NCBI GenBank assembly: GCA_002269645.1 | Contig: NIVC01000064.1 | Span: 372,001-436,000 of the forward strand | DNA: 64,000 nt | DNA from: Macrostomum lignano | Lineage: Eukaryota | Direction of reading: 5' to 3' | Shown: one piece after another, positions 10,967 through 22,894 of the stretch | Layout of the letters: every line of letters starts with the position of its first letter | How positions within the stretch are numbered: position 1 is the first letter of the stretch | Notes under the pieces: model-generated | Seen by the model: only the letters and a program-made list of their open reading frames with translations | Database searches by the model: none | What the model was told of the DNA's origin: nothing | Program-made: the position numbers and the translations under genes

Positions 10967-12289
10967 AATAACTAAAGTTTAAATAGCATTCTAGTTTTAT
11001 AAGACTGTTTATAACAAAATGTATTAAATAGTCTAAAAAATTGAATGATACTTTTCTATATTTAATTTATTAACAAATAGTTTTTTAGATATATTGTTTT
11101 TGAAGTAGTTGCAAAATGTTTGAAATCTAAATTGAACTAGCTTAAAAATGTAATTTAGCCTTCTTATTAAATGATATATGTAGGCCTACTTTGAATGAAA
11201 TAAATTAATAAGCTTAGTTGCATTGGGTTAATTTTTTAACCTTTATTATATGAAAGTAAATATATTGTTAGGAAAAGTTCTCTCTGTTATTTCTTTGTTG
11301 TTTCTCTCTGTATAATGTATGTATAAGTATAAGTAACTATAAGTATATATTTCAGCTTTATAAATTTAAGTCTAAATATTTATAGAATGTTTTTTAGTAT
11401 AAGTCATGAATTAATATGTAATGTAAACCTTACTATTGTTTGTATCTGTTTGTGTTGCATTAACTTTAAACTTAAATAATAAAATTCTTTTCTGTTGTGG
11501 GCAATAAACCTATCTTAGCTATAATTTTTTTGGCATCATAAACACTTGACTTTTGACTTTATTTTTTTCAAATTCTTTAATCATTGAAAATGCAATTCAA
11601 CATAATAGTTTATCCCAGATAATAATCTTAGCTTATCCTTAGAATGTCATAGTTTTCTAGCTTTTGTCTGATCCTATCATTTTGACTTATCTAACCCCTT
11701 TCTATTGATTTTTCATTTATATATTTTGTACCTTTTTCTGTTGCTTCTCATATATGCCCAATGCCAATACCCAGACTGATCTGGCCAATTTGGCTAGGTG
11801 GCAAGAGGTTTCAACAACGTAAGTTGAAAAAAATGCCAATCTGAAAAATAATTGGACATAGGAAAAGGCAGGGAAGGAGAAACAAGAAAGGAAATAAGCA
11901 AAAAGAGAGACAATGTTGCAGCCAAAGGCAACTAAGTTGCAATTTTTGGGGGAAAAACTAAAGTTGCATTGGCTAGGTAAAATTTTGAAGTTAGGTATGT
12001 TGCTTCTTCTGTTTATGTTCCTGTCTCTTCTTTTCCTTCTTGCATTCCTTTTTGATGTCTTTTTTTGCTTTTTTGTTTTTAGGGGGTCAATTATGACTTA
12101 TCTTTAGCTAGCAGCCTCTACCAAGCCAGTTTGGCCAGTTATTGCACATGTATGATCTAAGTCTCACTGCAACCTAATTTCTATTTATCTTGATCCTGTT
12201 TACGCTAATCTCATTCCCATATATAAACATCCATTGATACTAAATACCTACTATGTCTTGGAGATTTTTTCAATCCTGTTTTGTCTTTG

Positions 12290-13370
12290 TCTTTTTCATA
12301 AATTATACCACAATTTTATTTCTTGGACTCTTACCTTGTCTACAAAACTCTCACCCCTATTTCTTAGAATCTTACCTTGTCTTCAAAAATCTCATTGCTA
12401 TTTCTTGGAATCTTACCTTGTCTTCGAAAATCTCATTGCTATTTCTTAGAATCTTACCTTGTCTTCAAAAATCAAATTGCTATTTCTTAAAAACTTACAT
12501 TGTCTTCAAAAACCTAATCTCTATTTTTTAGAATCTTACCTTGTCTTCAAAATTCTCATCGCTATTTCTTAGAATCTTACATTGTCTTCGAAAATCTCAT
12601 TGCTATTTCTTAGAATCTTACCTTGTCTTCAAAATTCTCATCGCTATTTCTTAGAATCTTACATTGTCTTCGAAAATCTCATTGCTATTTCTTAGAATCT
12701 TACCTTGTCTTCGAAAATCTCATTGCTATTTTTTAGAATCTTACCTTGTCTTCAAAATTCTCATCGCTATTTCTTAGAATCTTACCTTGTCTTCGAAAAT
12801 CTCATTGCTATTTCTTAGAATCTTACCTTGTCTTCAAAATTCTCATCGCTATTTCTTAGAATCTTACATTGTCTTCGAAAATCTCATTGCTATTTCTTAG
12901 AATCTTACCTTGTCTTCGAAAATCTCATTGCTATTTTTTAGAATCTTACCTTGTCTTCAAAATTCTCATCGCTATTTCTTAGAATCTTACATTGTCTTCG
13001 AAAATCTCATTGCTATTTCTTAGAATCTTACCTTGTCTTCGAAAATCTCATCGCTATTTCTTAGAAACTTACCTTGTCTTCAAAAACCTCATTTCTATTT
13101 TTTAGAATCTTATCTTGTCTTCAAAATTCTCACCCCTTTTCCCAGGAATCTTACCTTGTCTTCAAAATTCTCACCCCTATTCCCAGGAATCTTACCTTGT
13201 CTTCAAAATTCTCACCCCTATTCCCTGGAATCTTACCTTGTCTTCGAAATCTTATCCCTATTTCTTAGAATCTTACCTTGTCTTCGAAAATATCATCGCT
13301 ATTTCTTAGAATCTTACCTTGTCTTCAAAAATATCACCCCTATATTTAGGAATCTCATTTAAAAAAGTAT
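12290..13370. repeat. Minisatellite, 41-nt unit TTCTTAGAATCTTACCTTGTCTTCGAAAATCTCATTGCTAT
   Basis: About 26 tandem units, degenerate at both edges. Confidence 0.97.
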
Positions 13371-14293
13371 CTCCCCTATTTCCGATAATCTCACCCCTGT
13401 CCCATTGAATCTCACCCCTATGCTCATCCTGTACAGTATTGTGAAGATTTCTCATATTTTGAATCTTCTCTTTACCTTTATCAGAATGAAGGCGTCGCAC
13501 CATTAAACCTACCAAGTGAATTTGTACTTTTATCAGTCTACCAGCCGCATTGTTTGGAGATCTGTAACTACCTCCATTGTTCTCGCATTTCTCTGCCTCT
13601 CTGCAACAAGCTAGGCTCATTTTTTGCAGCAAATGTTTTGTTGCCTTTGAAACCACTTTGAATTCACGGCAAACCGTGTTGGCGCAGTCTGATTGGACGG
13701 GACAGTGGGGGGGGGAGGGGATGCTGGTAATCGATGAGGAGAGAGAATATTTCAATGCAAAGCTTTTGTTTTAAACCAGCAGTAGCTATCATCAGAGAAT
13801 TTTATCAGATATTTTTAAAAGCAACTTTCTACACTGTCAATCCTACTACTAGTAGGAAAATAAGTCAGTTTTAATTCAAAGTAGCTAGTGTCCAGTTATA
13901 TTTGTTAGTTATTTCAAATTGATTAACCTTATGAGGTTATTTCAAATTGATTAATTTAAATTTGAGAACAAAACAGCAGCAACAACAGGTTACTTGCAGC
14001 CCCTGGACAGTAGGGTCACGTCACGTGGTTCGGTTTTTCATTCTCTCTCTCTCTCTCTCGCTAGTCAGAGCCAAAAATTCTTAAGCAGCTGTTTTTAGAG
14101 CCATTGAGGCAGTTTAATGTGGTTAAATATGGAGAGCTCATTAGTAAAGAGGAAACCGGAATAGAATAAGATTGTTCGAAGCTCTGGTTCCAACTCATTA
14201 GCTGTCCTACAATTAACCCTTTGAGCATATCTGCTGTCTACTAACCCAGTAATAAATACTTACAGAGGCCCGTCTATAATTATCTGCATTAAT

Positions 14294-17200
14294 ATGAGCC
14301 ACTCGCATCAGTCTGACGAGTCTGGCAAGACTGCCTTTCAACATTCTGTCGATTTGTCTATCGACTTTATTGCCGGAGCTAATGGTAATTAATTCTGCGA
14401 ATAAGATGCTATTGTAGTTTTGTAAGCGTGATTTTCGCATAGGAACAATGTAGGTGTTAGCCTTTTATGATTCTTTCAAGTAGTCACACCTGGGTTCTTA
14501 GGTTAAAACTTATTCTAGAAAATCATTTTAGTCAATATTTAGCTTTAGTTTTCTGTCTTTATCTAGTCTGGGATTTCTGCGAGTGGAAATTCCCGCTTAG
14601 AACTAGGCAGGGATTCTAGTAATTCCTTATAATTAGCCATGGATTCTAGGAATTCCTTCTTAGAATTAGCCATGGATTCTAGGAATTCCTAATTAGAATT
14701 AGCCATGGATTCTAGGAATTCCTTCTTAGAATTAGCCATGGATTCTAGGAATTCCTTCTTAGAACTAGCCATGGATTCTAGGAATTCCTTCTTAGAATTA
14801 GCCATGGATTCTAGGAATTCCTTCTTAGAACTAGCCATGGATTCTAGGAATTCCTTCTTAGAATTAGCCATGGATTCTAAGAATTCCTTCTTAGAATTAG
14901 CCATGGATTCTAGGAATTCCTTCTTAGAATTAGCCATGGATTCTAGGAATTCCTTCTTAGAACTAGCCATGGATTCTAGGAATTCCTTCTTAGAATTAGC
15001 CATGGATTCTAGGAATTCCCTCTTAGAACTAGCCATGGATTCTAGGAATTCCTTCTTAGAATTAGCCATGGATTTTAGGAATTCCCACCTATAATAAGCC
15101 AGGGATTACAGGAATTCCCACTTATAATAAGCCTGGGATTCTGAATTAGTATCTGCGGCCTTCAATGATTGTGTAATGATTAATCATTGATTCAAAAATC
15201 AACATTGCTTTTCCGCAGGCGCGGTGGCCGGTGTGTACGTCGGCCAGCCGCTGGACACTGTCAAAGTGAAAATGCAGACTTTCCCAGCTGTCTATGGCAA
15301 CGCTGTGCGCTGCTTCATGCAGACCCTGCGCAAAGACGGCGTCGCCAGGGGTCTTTACGCTGGCACAGTGCCAGCTCTGGCCGCCAATGTGGCCGAGAAT
15401 TCCATTCTGTTTGCCGCGTACGGAGCCTGTCAGAAATCTGTAGCCAGTCTGTTGGGCACCAGTGTTGAGCGCATGCGGCCTACTCACAATGCTCTGGCTG
15501 GCAGCATGGCGGCTGTGTTCTCTTCTCTGGCTCTGTGCCCTACGGAGCTGGTTAAATGCCGGCTGCAGGCATTGCGGGAACAGCTGGAGGCTGGGAAAGC
15601 GCCAAAAGGAGTGGACATTGCCACAGTGTGAGTGATGCGGGTGGCGTGGGTTAGACTGGGTTCAACCCGAATGTCAAAACCCAAAACAACCAACCCGAAG
15701 GTTCACCAACCCGAAGCTTCAGCCTAAAGCTTCACCAATCCGATGCTTCACCAACCCCAAAGCTTCACCAACCCCAAGCTTCACCAACCTAAAGCTTCAC
15801 CAATCCGATGCTTCAGCCTAAAGCTTCACCAATCCGATGCTTCACCAACCCCAAAGTTTCACCAACCCCAAGCTTCACCAACCTAAAGCTTCACCAACCC
15901 GAAGCTTCAGCCTAAAGCTTCACCAATCCGATGCTTCACCAACCCCAAAGCTTCACCAACCCCAAGCTTCACCAACCTAAAGCTTCACCAACCCGAAGCT
16001 TCAGCCTAAAGCTTCACCAATCCGATGCTTCACCAACCCCAAAGCTTCACCAACCCCAAGCTTCACCAACCTAAAGCTTCACCAACCCGAAGCTTCAGCC
16101 TAAAGCTTCACCAATCCGATGCTTCACCAACCCCAAAGCTTCACCAACCCCAAGCTTCACCAACCTAAAGCTTCACCAATCCGATGCTTCACCAACCTCT
16201 AGCTCCACCAATCCGATGCTTCACCAACCTCTAGCTTCACCAACCCTAAGCTTCACCAGCCTAAAGCTTCACCAACCCTAAGCTTCACCACCTCGAAGGT
16301 TCACCAGCCCGAAGCTTCACCAATCCAAAGCTTCACCAACCCGAAGCTTCACCAATCCGATGCTTCACCAACCCGAAGATTCACCAGCCTAAAGCTTCAC
16401 CAACCCGAAGATTCACCAGCCTAAAGCTTCACCAATCCGAAGCTTCACCAATCCGAAGCTTCACCAATCCGAAGCTTCACAAACCCGATGCTTCACCAAC
16501 CCGAAGATTCACCAGCCTAAAGCTTCACCAACCCGATGCTCCAACCGCAGCGGGCCCTGGTCCCTAACCCGGCAGATCTTTCGCGAAGAAGGCATTCGCG
16601 GCTTTTTCCGCGGCCTGTTGCCAACATTCGGTCGCGAGGTGCCCGGCTATTTTTTCTTTTTCGGCGGCTACGAGCTGAGCAGGGCGGCTATGACACCCAA
16701 GGGCGGCAACAAGGATAAGATTGGGCCAGTGAAAACTGCCTTGGCTGGCGGCATCGGCGGTGTTGCACTGTGGACTGCGATATTCCCGTTCGACGTGTTG
16801 AAATCGCGCATGCAAATTGCTAGCGAAGGTCAGGTGGCCTCAATGCGAGCCCTGTTTATGGAGATTCTTCGCAAAGAAGGTGAGTCGCCGAGCAAAAGAG
16901 GTGGTCGTCACTGTGACGCAATAAAGTGGGTCTACTATTCTAAGAAAGTGGTTCGCATATTCCTGATACTTGCACAACCCCCTGATTTACACCAGCCGTG
17001 TGACTTACATCTTCACCAAAAATCCGACTTACCTATGAAAGAAACCTAAGCAAAATTGACGTAATTTTGGGTAAACGGCAGGAGTAACTATGACTGTTTT
17101 ATTAAGGCTAAATGTCTCGTCATCTAATTGGCACTACTAATGGAATTTGGATTTTTGCGTGGGCATTTTTGCAACTTATCTTAGCTGCGCCTCTCGCCAG

Positions 17201-18131
17201 CCGGACGGATCGGCCGGGTGTTGCGCATGTATGATTCTACTAGGAAACTAGGTTGTATATTCTAGGAAAGCGGCTCATCTATTCTAGGAAAGTGGCTCAT
17301 CTATTCTAGGAAAGCGGCTCATCTATTCTAGGAAAGCGGCTCATCTATTCTAGGAAAGTGGCTCATCTATTCTAGGAAAGTGGCTCATATATTCTAAGAA
17401 AGTGGTTCATATATTCTAGGAAATTGGATCATATATTCTAGGAAATTGGGTCATATATTCTAAGAAAGAGCGTAATATATTCTAGGAAATTAGATCATAT
17501 ATTCTAGGAAATTGGGTCATATATTCTAAGAAAGAGCGTAATATATTCTAGGAAATTAGGTCATATATTCTAGGAAATTGGGTCATATATTCTAAGAAAG
17601 AGCGTAATATATTCTAGGAAATTGGGTCATATATTCTAGGATAGGAAAGTTAATCAAAGATCGCAGAGGTCGCAGTCGCAGAGGACAGTCAAAGCAGATC
17701 TAAAATCGTGCAAAATTGGTCAATTAGGGGTCCCAGTGAAAAAGGGTCAAGTCTCATGACCGTCAAGAGCCGAAGTAGAAGTGAATCACAGGTCGGTTCG
17801 CAGACCAGAGAAAAAGTGAGTCATCTTAAACCACAGTTACAGTGCGTCAATTATTAATAGATCAAGGATCATGGGTCACAGATTGCAATGAAAGTGGGTC
17901 AAATGTATACAAGAGAATTAGAGGCGGGTCAAAGCTTGGATTTTAAAGACGAATAAATCAGACTACTACTTATGTATAAGTAGTCTATGTAACAACTCAC
18001 TCCCCTCAGGTGTCACCGCTCTGTACGCTGGCTTGTCGCCCACAATTGTGCGAACATTTTTCGCTAGCGGCGCCCTGTTTGTTGCCTACGAATGGACAAA
18101 GAAGGTCATGCACGCTGCCGCCGGCTTCTGA
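14294..18131 (+). CDS. SLC25A15: Mitochondrial ornithine/citrulline carrier, 316 aa; exons 14294-14384, 15219-15627, 16551-16879, 18010-18131
   Basis: All three introns are GT-AG and in phase; exons sum to 951 nt. Translation includes IDFIAGANG|[62 protein letters not shown] and [13 protein letters not shown], giving three carrier signatures matching ORNT1. Confidence 0.95.
14600..15140. repeat. Intronic minisatellite, 33-nt unit GAATTAGCCATGGATTCTAGGAATTCCTTCTTA
   Basis: Tandem units within SLC25A15 intron 1. Confidence 0.95.
15690..16540. repeat. Intronic minisatellite, 13-17 nt CTTCACCAAC-core units with a roughly 94-nt higher-order period
   Basis: Fills nearly all of SLC25A15 intron 2. 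Confidence 0.95.
17069..17129 (+). pseudogene. Degenerate 61-nt fragment of nuclear 28S rRNA
   Basis: GGGTAAACGGCAGGAGTAACTATGACT matches conserved 28S at 26 of 27 positions, and AAATGTCTCGTCATCTAATT at 19 of 20. The segment between them is scrambled. Confidence 0.8.
17215..17640. repeat. Intronic minisatellite, about 22-nt unit TATTCTAGGAAAGTGGCTCATC
   Basis: Tandem units within SLC25A15 intron 3, drifting in sequence along the array. Confidence 0.9.
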
Positions 18132-18282
18132 ATCTGAATCTGACCGAAACGTGGTCTTGTAGTTAGTAGTCAGTATGATAGTATGATAGTAGCATGCATG
18201 GCTAAATTTTATGTAAGAGTACTATTACAGGGTATACGGCATCTACCTTTAAATTTACTTTAAATCGTATTTAGTAATACAG

Positions 18283-18487
18283 TTCTGATAGTTGGTACAA
18301 GAGTCCCGATAGTTGGTACAAGAGTTCCGATAGTTGGTACAAGAGTTCCGATAGTTGGTACAAAAGTCCCGATAGTTGGTACAAGAGTCCCGATAGTTGG
18401 TACAAAAGTCCCGATAGTTGGTACAAGAGTCCCGATAGTTGGTACAAGAGTTTCGATAGTTGGTACAAGAGTTTCGATAGTTGGTAC
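18283..18487. repeat. Minisatellite, 21-nt unit GATAGTTGGTACAAGAGTCCC
   Basis: About 9-10 units just 3' of the SLC25A15 stop codon. Confidence 0.95.
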
Positions 18488-19477
18488 AGATGATTATATT
18501 TTATGATTGCATAATATATATTGTGATCAAAGTATGTTCTATCTTGTGATTGTCATAGTTATAATTTGATGAGTTCATTTATCTGGATCTCTTCATTAAC
18601 ATGCTGTTCTCTTGTAATATTACTAGTCAGTAGTAATATAGAGATTTTTGTGCCTTACATGCCATAATTAGTTTTTTAAAGTTAATTACAGAAAATGAAA
18701 CGAATTAACTCTCTGATTATATTTGCCATATCAAGTCAGGTATTTAGGCATTCTAGAGACTACTAGTGTAAACGCACTTCAGTTTGATATTTTTACCACT
18801 TTTTCTCTTACGGTTGAAGTCCATTTCAATACTCTTTAATTGCCTATTAGTAATTACGCCCTATATGTATTTATTGCTTCCAATTTGACGAGGTGCTTAT
18901 ATCAAGTTCTTAAATTAAATTGCCGACAAAGATCAAAGAGTTCTCTTATATGATAAAACAATAATGACTCTTTATTATAAACTAAATTCTAGTTAGTTTT
19001 ATCTGTTTTCTTATCTTTATTTATTTTATTCAACCTTACTTTGAACTGGTATTTTATACACATGCCAGGTCAGGTTTAGTCTTTGATTTTACATGCGATG
19101 GGGCAATTGTCTTAAGGCTTAGGGATTTTATTGGTGATGCTTTCTGCTGAGCTGGAACAAAACAATCCTGATTGTGATCTCCGTTCTATAAAATGTTTTT
19201 TATTGTGCTGGTAGAGCAGTGCTCACTGCTCAATCGAGTCCTGCTCAAATTAATTATTGATTATGTTATCCTTACGATTGTCAGTTAGTGCAACTCTTTG
19301 AACACTGCAGTTTACAATCAGCCATGCAGTTTCTATTCTCAAGATTTGGCTGAGCAATCTGGACAATATTTGTGTACGAGTATGCGATCTGTTCTGGAGG
19401 GCGGTGCCGCTGCAATGAGACAAGCAAGGAGGTTTTGGAGTTTAGGGGCGTAGATGCTTTCTTTGAATAGTCGCCTG

Positions 19478-19770
19478 AGATCTTTGATTTGCATCTGGGA
19501 TCTTTGATTTGCATCTGGGATCTTTGATTTGCATCTGGGATCTTTGATTTGCATCTGGGATCTTTGATTTGCATCTGGGATCTTTGATTTGCATCTGGGA
19601 TCTTTGATTTGCATCTGGGATCTTTGATTTGCACCAGGGATCTTTTATTTGATCTGTGATCTTTGATTTGCATCTGGGATCTTTGATTTGCATCTGGGAT
19701 CTTTGATTTGCATCTGGGATCTTTGATTTGCATATGGGATTTTTGCTTTGCACCTTGAATCTTTGAGAGT
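19478..19770. repeat. Minisatellite, 20-nt unit GATTTGCATCTGGGATCTTT
   Basis: Tandem units sharing the TGGGATCTTT core with the adjacent 22-mer array. Confidence 0.95.
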
Positions 19771-19801
19771 GGCGCCTAGCTTGCATCTTTAAGAGTGGCT
19801 C

Positions 19802-20792
19802 CAGGGACTACTCAAACATCGGGACGGGAAACTAGGCAAATCATGGCGAAGTTTTTACGAGGCTGGTTAAATCTATGGCCGCGCCAATGCAGCAGTAGCT
19901 ATTTCAATATTTCAATAAATCTTCAATAAATTTTATATTTTATTACGAGTATATCTGTGAGTTTTAAGATTCAGGTGCTTTTATGAACTGTGTATATTTA
20001 CTTGAAAGTGCACTGGAAAAATAGTTCATAAAACATATAAGGTAACATTGAGGGCTATTTGTAAGGGGTGAATAGTGAACATGGAACAGATGAACAATAA
20101 AAAGTTAACTCACACAGTGGATGTGAGCATTAAAATATGTGAAGTTTGAACATATATATATACACAGACGAGAAAATGAACAAATGCGAAAAAATATTTA
20201 ACAAATTTAAGCATTGAATAGTCGGGAATTTTCAGTAGATGTGAACTTGTCTGGTCCACAATATCACGCACTTCTAAGTTTTTTTGTCTTTCTCTCTTGA
20301 ACGGTGACGGATGATGGAGCCACCTTCGATGATCTCCGGACAAGTCCCTTAAAGAACGTGTTTGTTGCTTATAGTAAATAGCGCCTACCTCTAGGATGTT
20401 CGGCAGGGCCTTTTTCCATCGCTCTCGCTCAACCGAGTCCTTCGAAAACAGATGGACTTTCGTAGCCAATCGTTCGGACTCGTAATTTGACTTGCAGCCA
20501 ACAACGCTGCACTTTCTTGGCATTGATGCCAACAACACAAGCAGAAAAATTGAGCTTGTCCTGCGCGTCTACCAGAAACTTAGCTGCTATAATATAATGC
20601 AAGCATCCCCTGCTAGACTGCAGTGGAAATAACGGTATCACAAGCTTCAAATAATAGAAAATAACCATAGACAACAAAGTATCGCTCTATACAAATAAGC
20701 CAGCCAGCCTCGTCAGCTGCTAACAAACCAGCCTCGTAGAAACTTCGCCATGATTTGCCTAGTTTCCCGTCCCGATGTTTGAGTAGTCCCTG
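19802..20792 (-). mobile_element. Non-autonomous P-superfamily-like DNA transposon (991 bp) with a THAP-domain remnant
   Basis: 67-bp TIRs (19802-19868 and 20726-20792, 1 mismatch) starting CAGGG; perfect 8-bp TSD AGTGGCTC (19794-19801, 20793-20800). Internal ATG at 20523 gives MPRKCSVVGCKSNY...HLFSKD..ERERWKKALPN, the THAP N-terminal half lacking the distal C-x2-H. Confidence 0.85.
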
Positions 20793-22330
20793 AGTGGCTC
20801 CCGGGATCTTTAAGAGTGGCTCCTGGGATCTTTGAGAGTGGCTCCTGGGATCTTTAGTGGCTCCTGCGATCTTTAAGAGTGGCTCCTGGGATCTTTAGTG
20901 GCTCCTGCGATCTTTAAGAGTGGCTCCTGGGATCTTTAAGAGTGGCTCCTGGGATCTTTGAGAGTGGCTCCTGGGATCTTTGAGAGTGGCTCCTGGGATC
21001 TTTGAGAGTGGCTCCTGGGATCTTTGAGAGTGGCTCCTTGGATCTTTGAGAGTGGCTCCTGGGATCTTTAGTGGCTCCTGCGATCTTTAAGAGTGGCTCG
21101 TGGGATCTTTGAGAGTGGCTCCTGGGATCTTTGAGAGTGGCTCCTGGGATCTTTGAGAGTGGCTCCTGGGATCTTTGAGAGTGGCTCCTGGGATCTTTGA
21201 GAGTGGCTCCTGGGATCTTTGAGAGTGGCTCCTGGGATCTTTAAGAGTGGCTCCTGGGATCTTTGAGAGTGGCTCCTGGGATCTTTAAGAGTGGCTCCTG
21301 GGATCTTTGAGAGTGGCTCCTGGGATCTTTAGTGGCTCCTGGGATCTTTAAGAGTGGCTCCTGCGATCTTTAGTGGCTCCTGGGATCTTTGAGAGTGGCT
21401 CCTGGGATCTTTGAGAGTGGCTCCTGGGATCTTTAGTGGCTCCTGCGATCTTTAGTGGCTCCTGGGATCTTTAAGAGTGGCTCCTGGGATCTTTAGTGGC
21501 TCCTGGGATCTTTGAGAGTGGCTCCTGGGATCTTTAGTGGCTCCTGGGATCTTTGAGAGTGGCTCCTGGGATCTTTAGTGGCTCCTGGGATCTTTGAGAG
21601 TGGCTCCTGGGATCTTTGAGAGTGGCTCCTGGGATCTTTAGTGGCTCCTGCGATCTTTAGTGGCTCCTGGGATCTTTGAGAGTGGCTCCTGGGATCTTTA
21701 AGAGTGGCTCCTGGGATCTTTGAGAGTGGCTCCTGGGATCTTTAGTGGCTCCTGGGATCTTTAGTGGCTCCTTGGATCTTTAAGAGTGGCTCCTTGGATC
21801 TTTAAGAGTGGCTCCTGGGATCTTTAAGAGTGGCTCCTGGGATCTTTAAGAGTGGCTCCTTGGATCTTTAAGAGTGGCTCCTGGGATCTTTGAGAGTGGC
21901 TCCTGGGATCTTTGAGAGTGGCTCCTGGGATCTTTAAGAGTGGCTCCTTGGATCTTTAAGAGTGGCTCCTTGGATCTTTGAGAGTGGCTCCTGGGATCTT
22001 TGAGAGTGGCTCCTTGGATCTTTGAGAGTGGCTCCTGGGATCTTTGAGAGTGGCTCCTGGGATCTTTAAGAGTGGCTCCTTGGATCTTTGAGAGTGGCTC
22101 CTTGGATCTTTGAGAGTGGCTCCTGGGATCTTTAAGAGTGGCTCCTTGGATCTTTGAGAGTGGCTCCTTGGATCTTTAAGAGTGGCTCCTTGGATCTTTG
22201 AGAGTGGCTCCTTGGATCTTTGAGAGTGGCTCGTTGGATCTTTGAGAGTGGCTCCTGGGATCTTTGAGAGTGGCTCCCGGGTACTTTAAGAGTGGCTCCT
22301 GGGATCTTTGAGAGTGGCGCCTGGGATCAT
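20793..22330. repeat. Minisatellite, 22-nt unit GAGAGTGGCTCCTGGGATCTTT with 19-nt variants
   Basis: About 70 tandem units; the P-like element sits within the first units. Confidence 0.97.
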
Positions 22331-22894
22331 TTGGATCGTTTGCTTTGACACCTTGGAAATATTCAATAAGCGACTGTCAAAGATCTGTCATATAATATAC
22401 ATTATATATTAGTTCGCAATATCACGTGTACATATACAGTGCACATACACGTAATCCTGATATCCTAAGCCGACAAAATCTATTAAACATTGCCATCCAA
22501 CCCAATATAGCTAAAGTAGTGTTTGCGGTAATTTCTTCAGTCCGCAAGCTAGTAATGCCTTTAGACTATACTCCATGCTCATACGCCTATCCAGCTTGAG
22601 ATCGTGTGTTTGTTCTCCACGTTTTCATGTGTGCTGTAAGGAAGGGAGGGCAGTCTTCGGGGCTTTCGGCGACTGCAGACGCGGGAGTCCTGACTCTGTG
22701 GATTTTTAGGCTAGAAAAGAGGCTGCGGGGAGAGAAGTCGCTTCAGGTCTGATGGGAAAATTTCCATGTGGCGCTGGGATCTAAAAATCATGGGGCCGGG
22801 TTTGCTTTTATTTCTTTCTCCCTGCCCGAGTTCAGCTCCTCGGGCCAACGGCTGCCTCCATTGCTTGAGATTCCGGAAATGTCCAATGCCTGTA

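Noticed and set aside
12290-17640. TTC..GAA words in minisatellites as heat-shock elements
   Set aside because: Spacing is TTCnnnGAA or TTCGAA, not the nTTCnnGAAn register that HSF needs.
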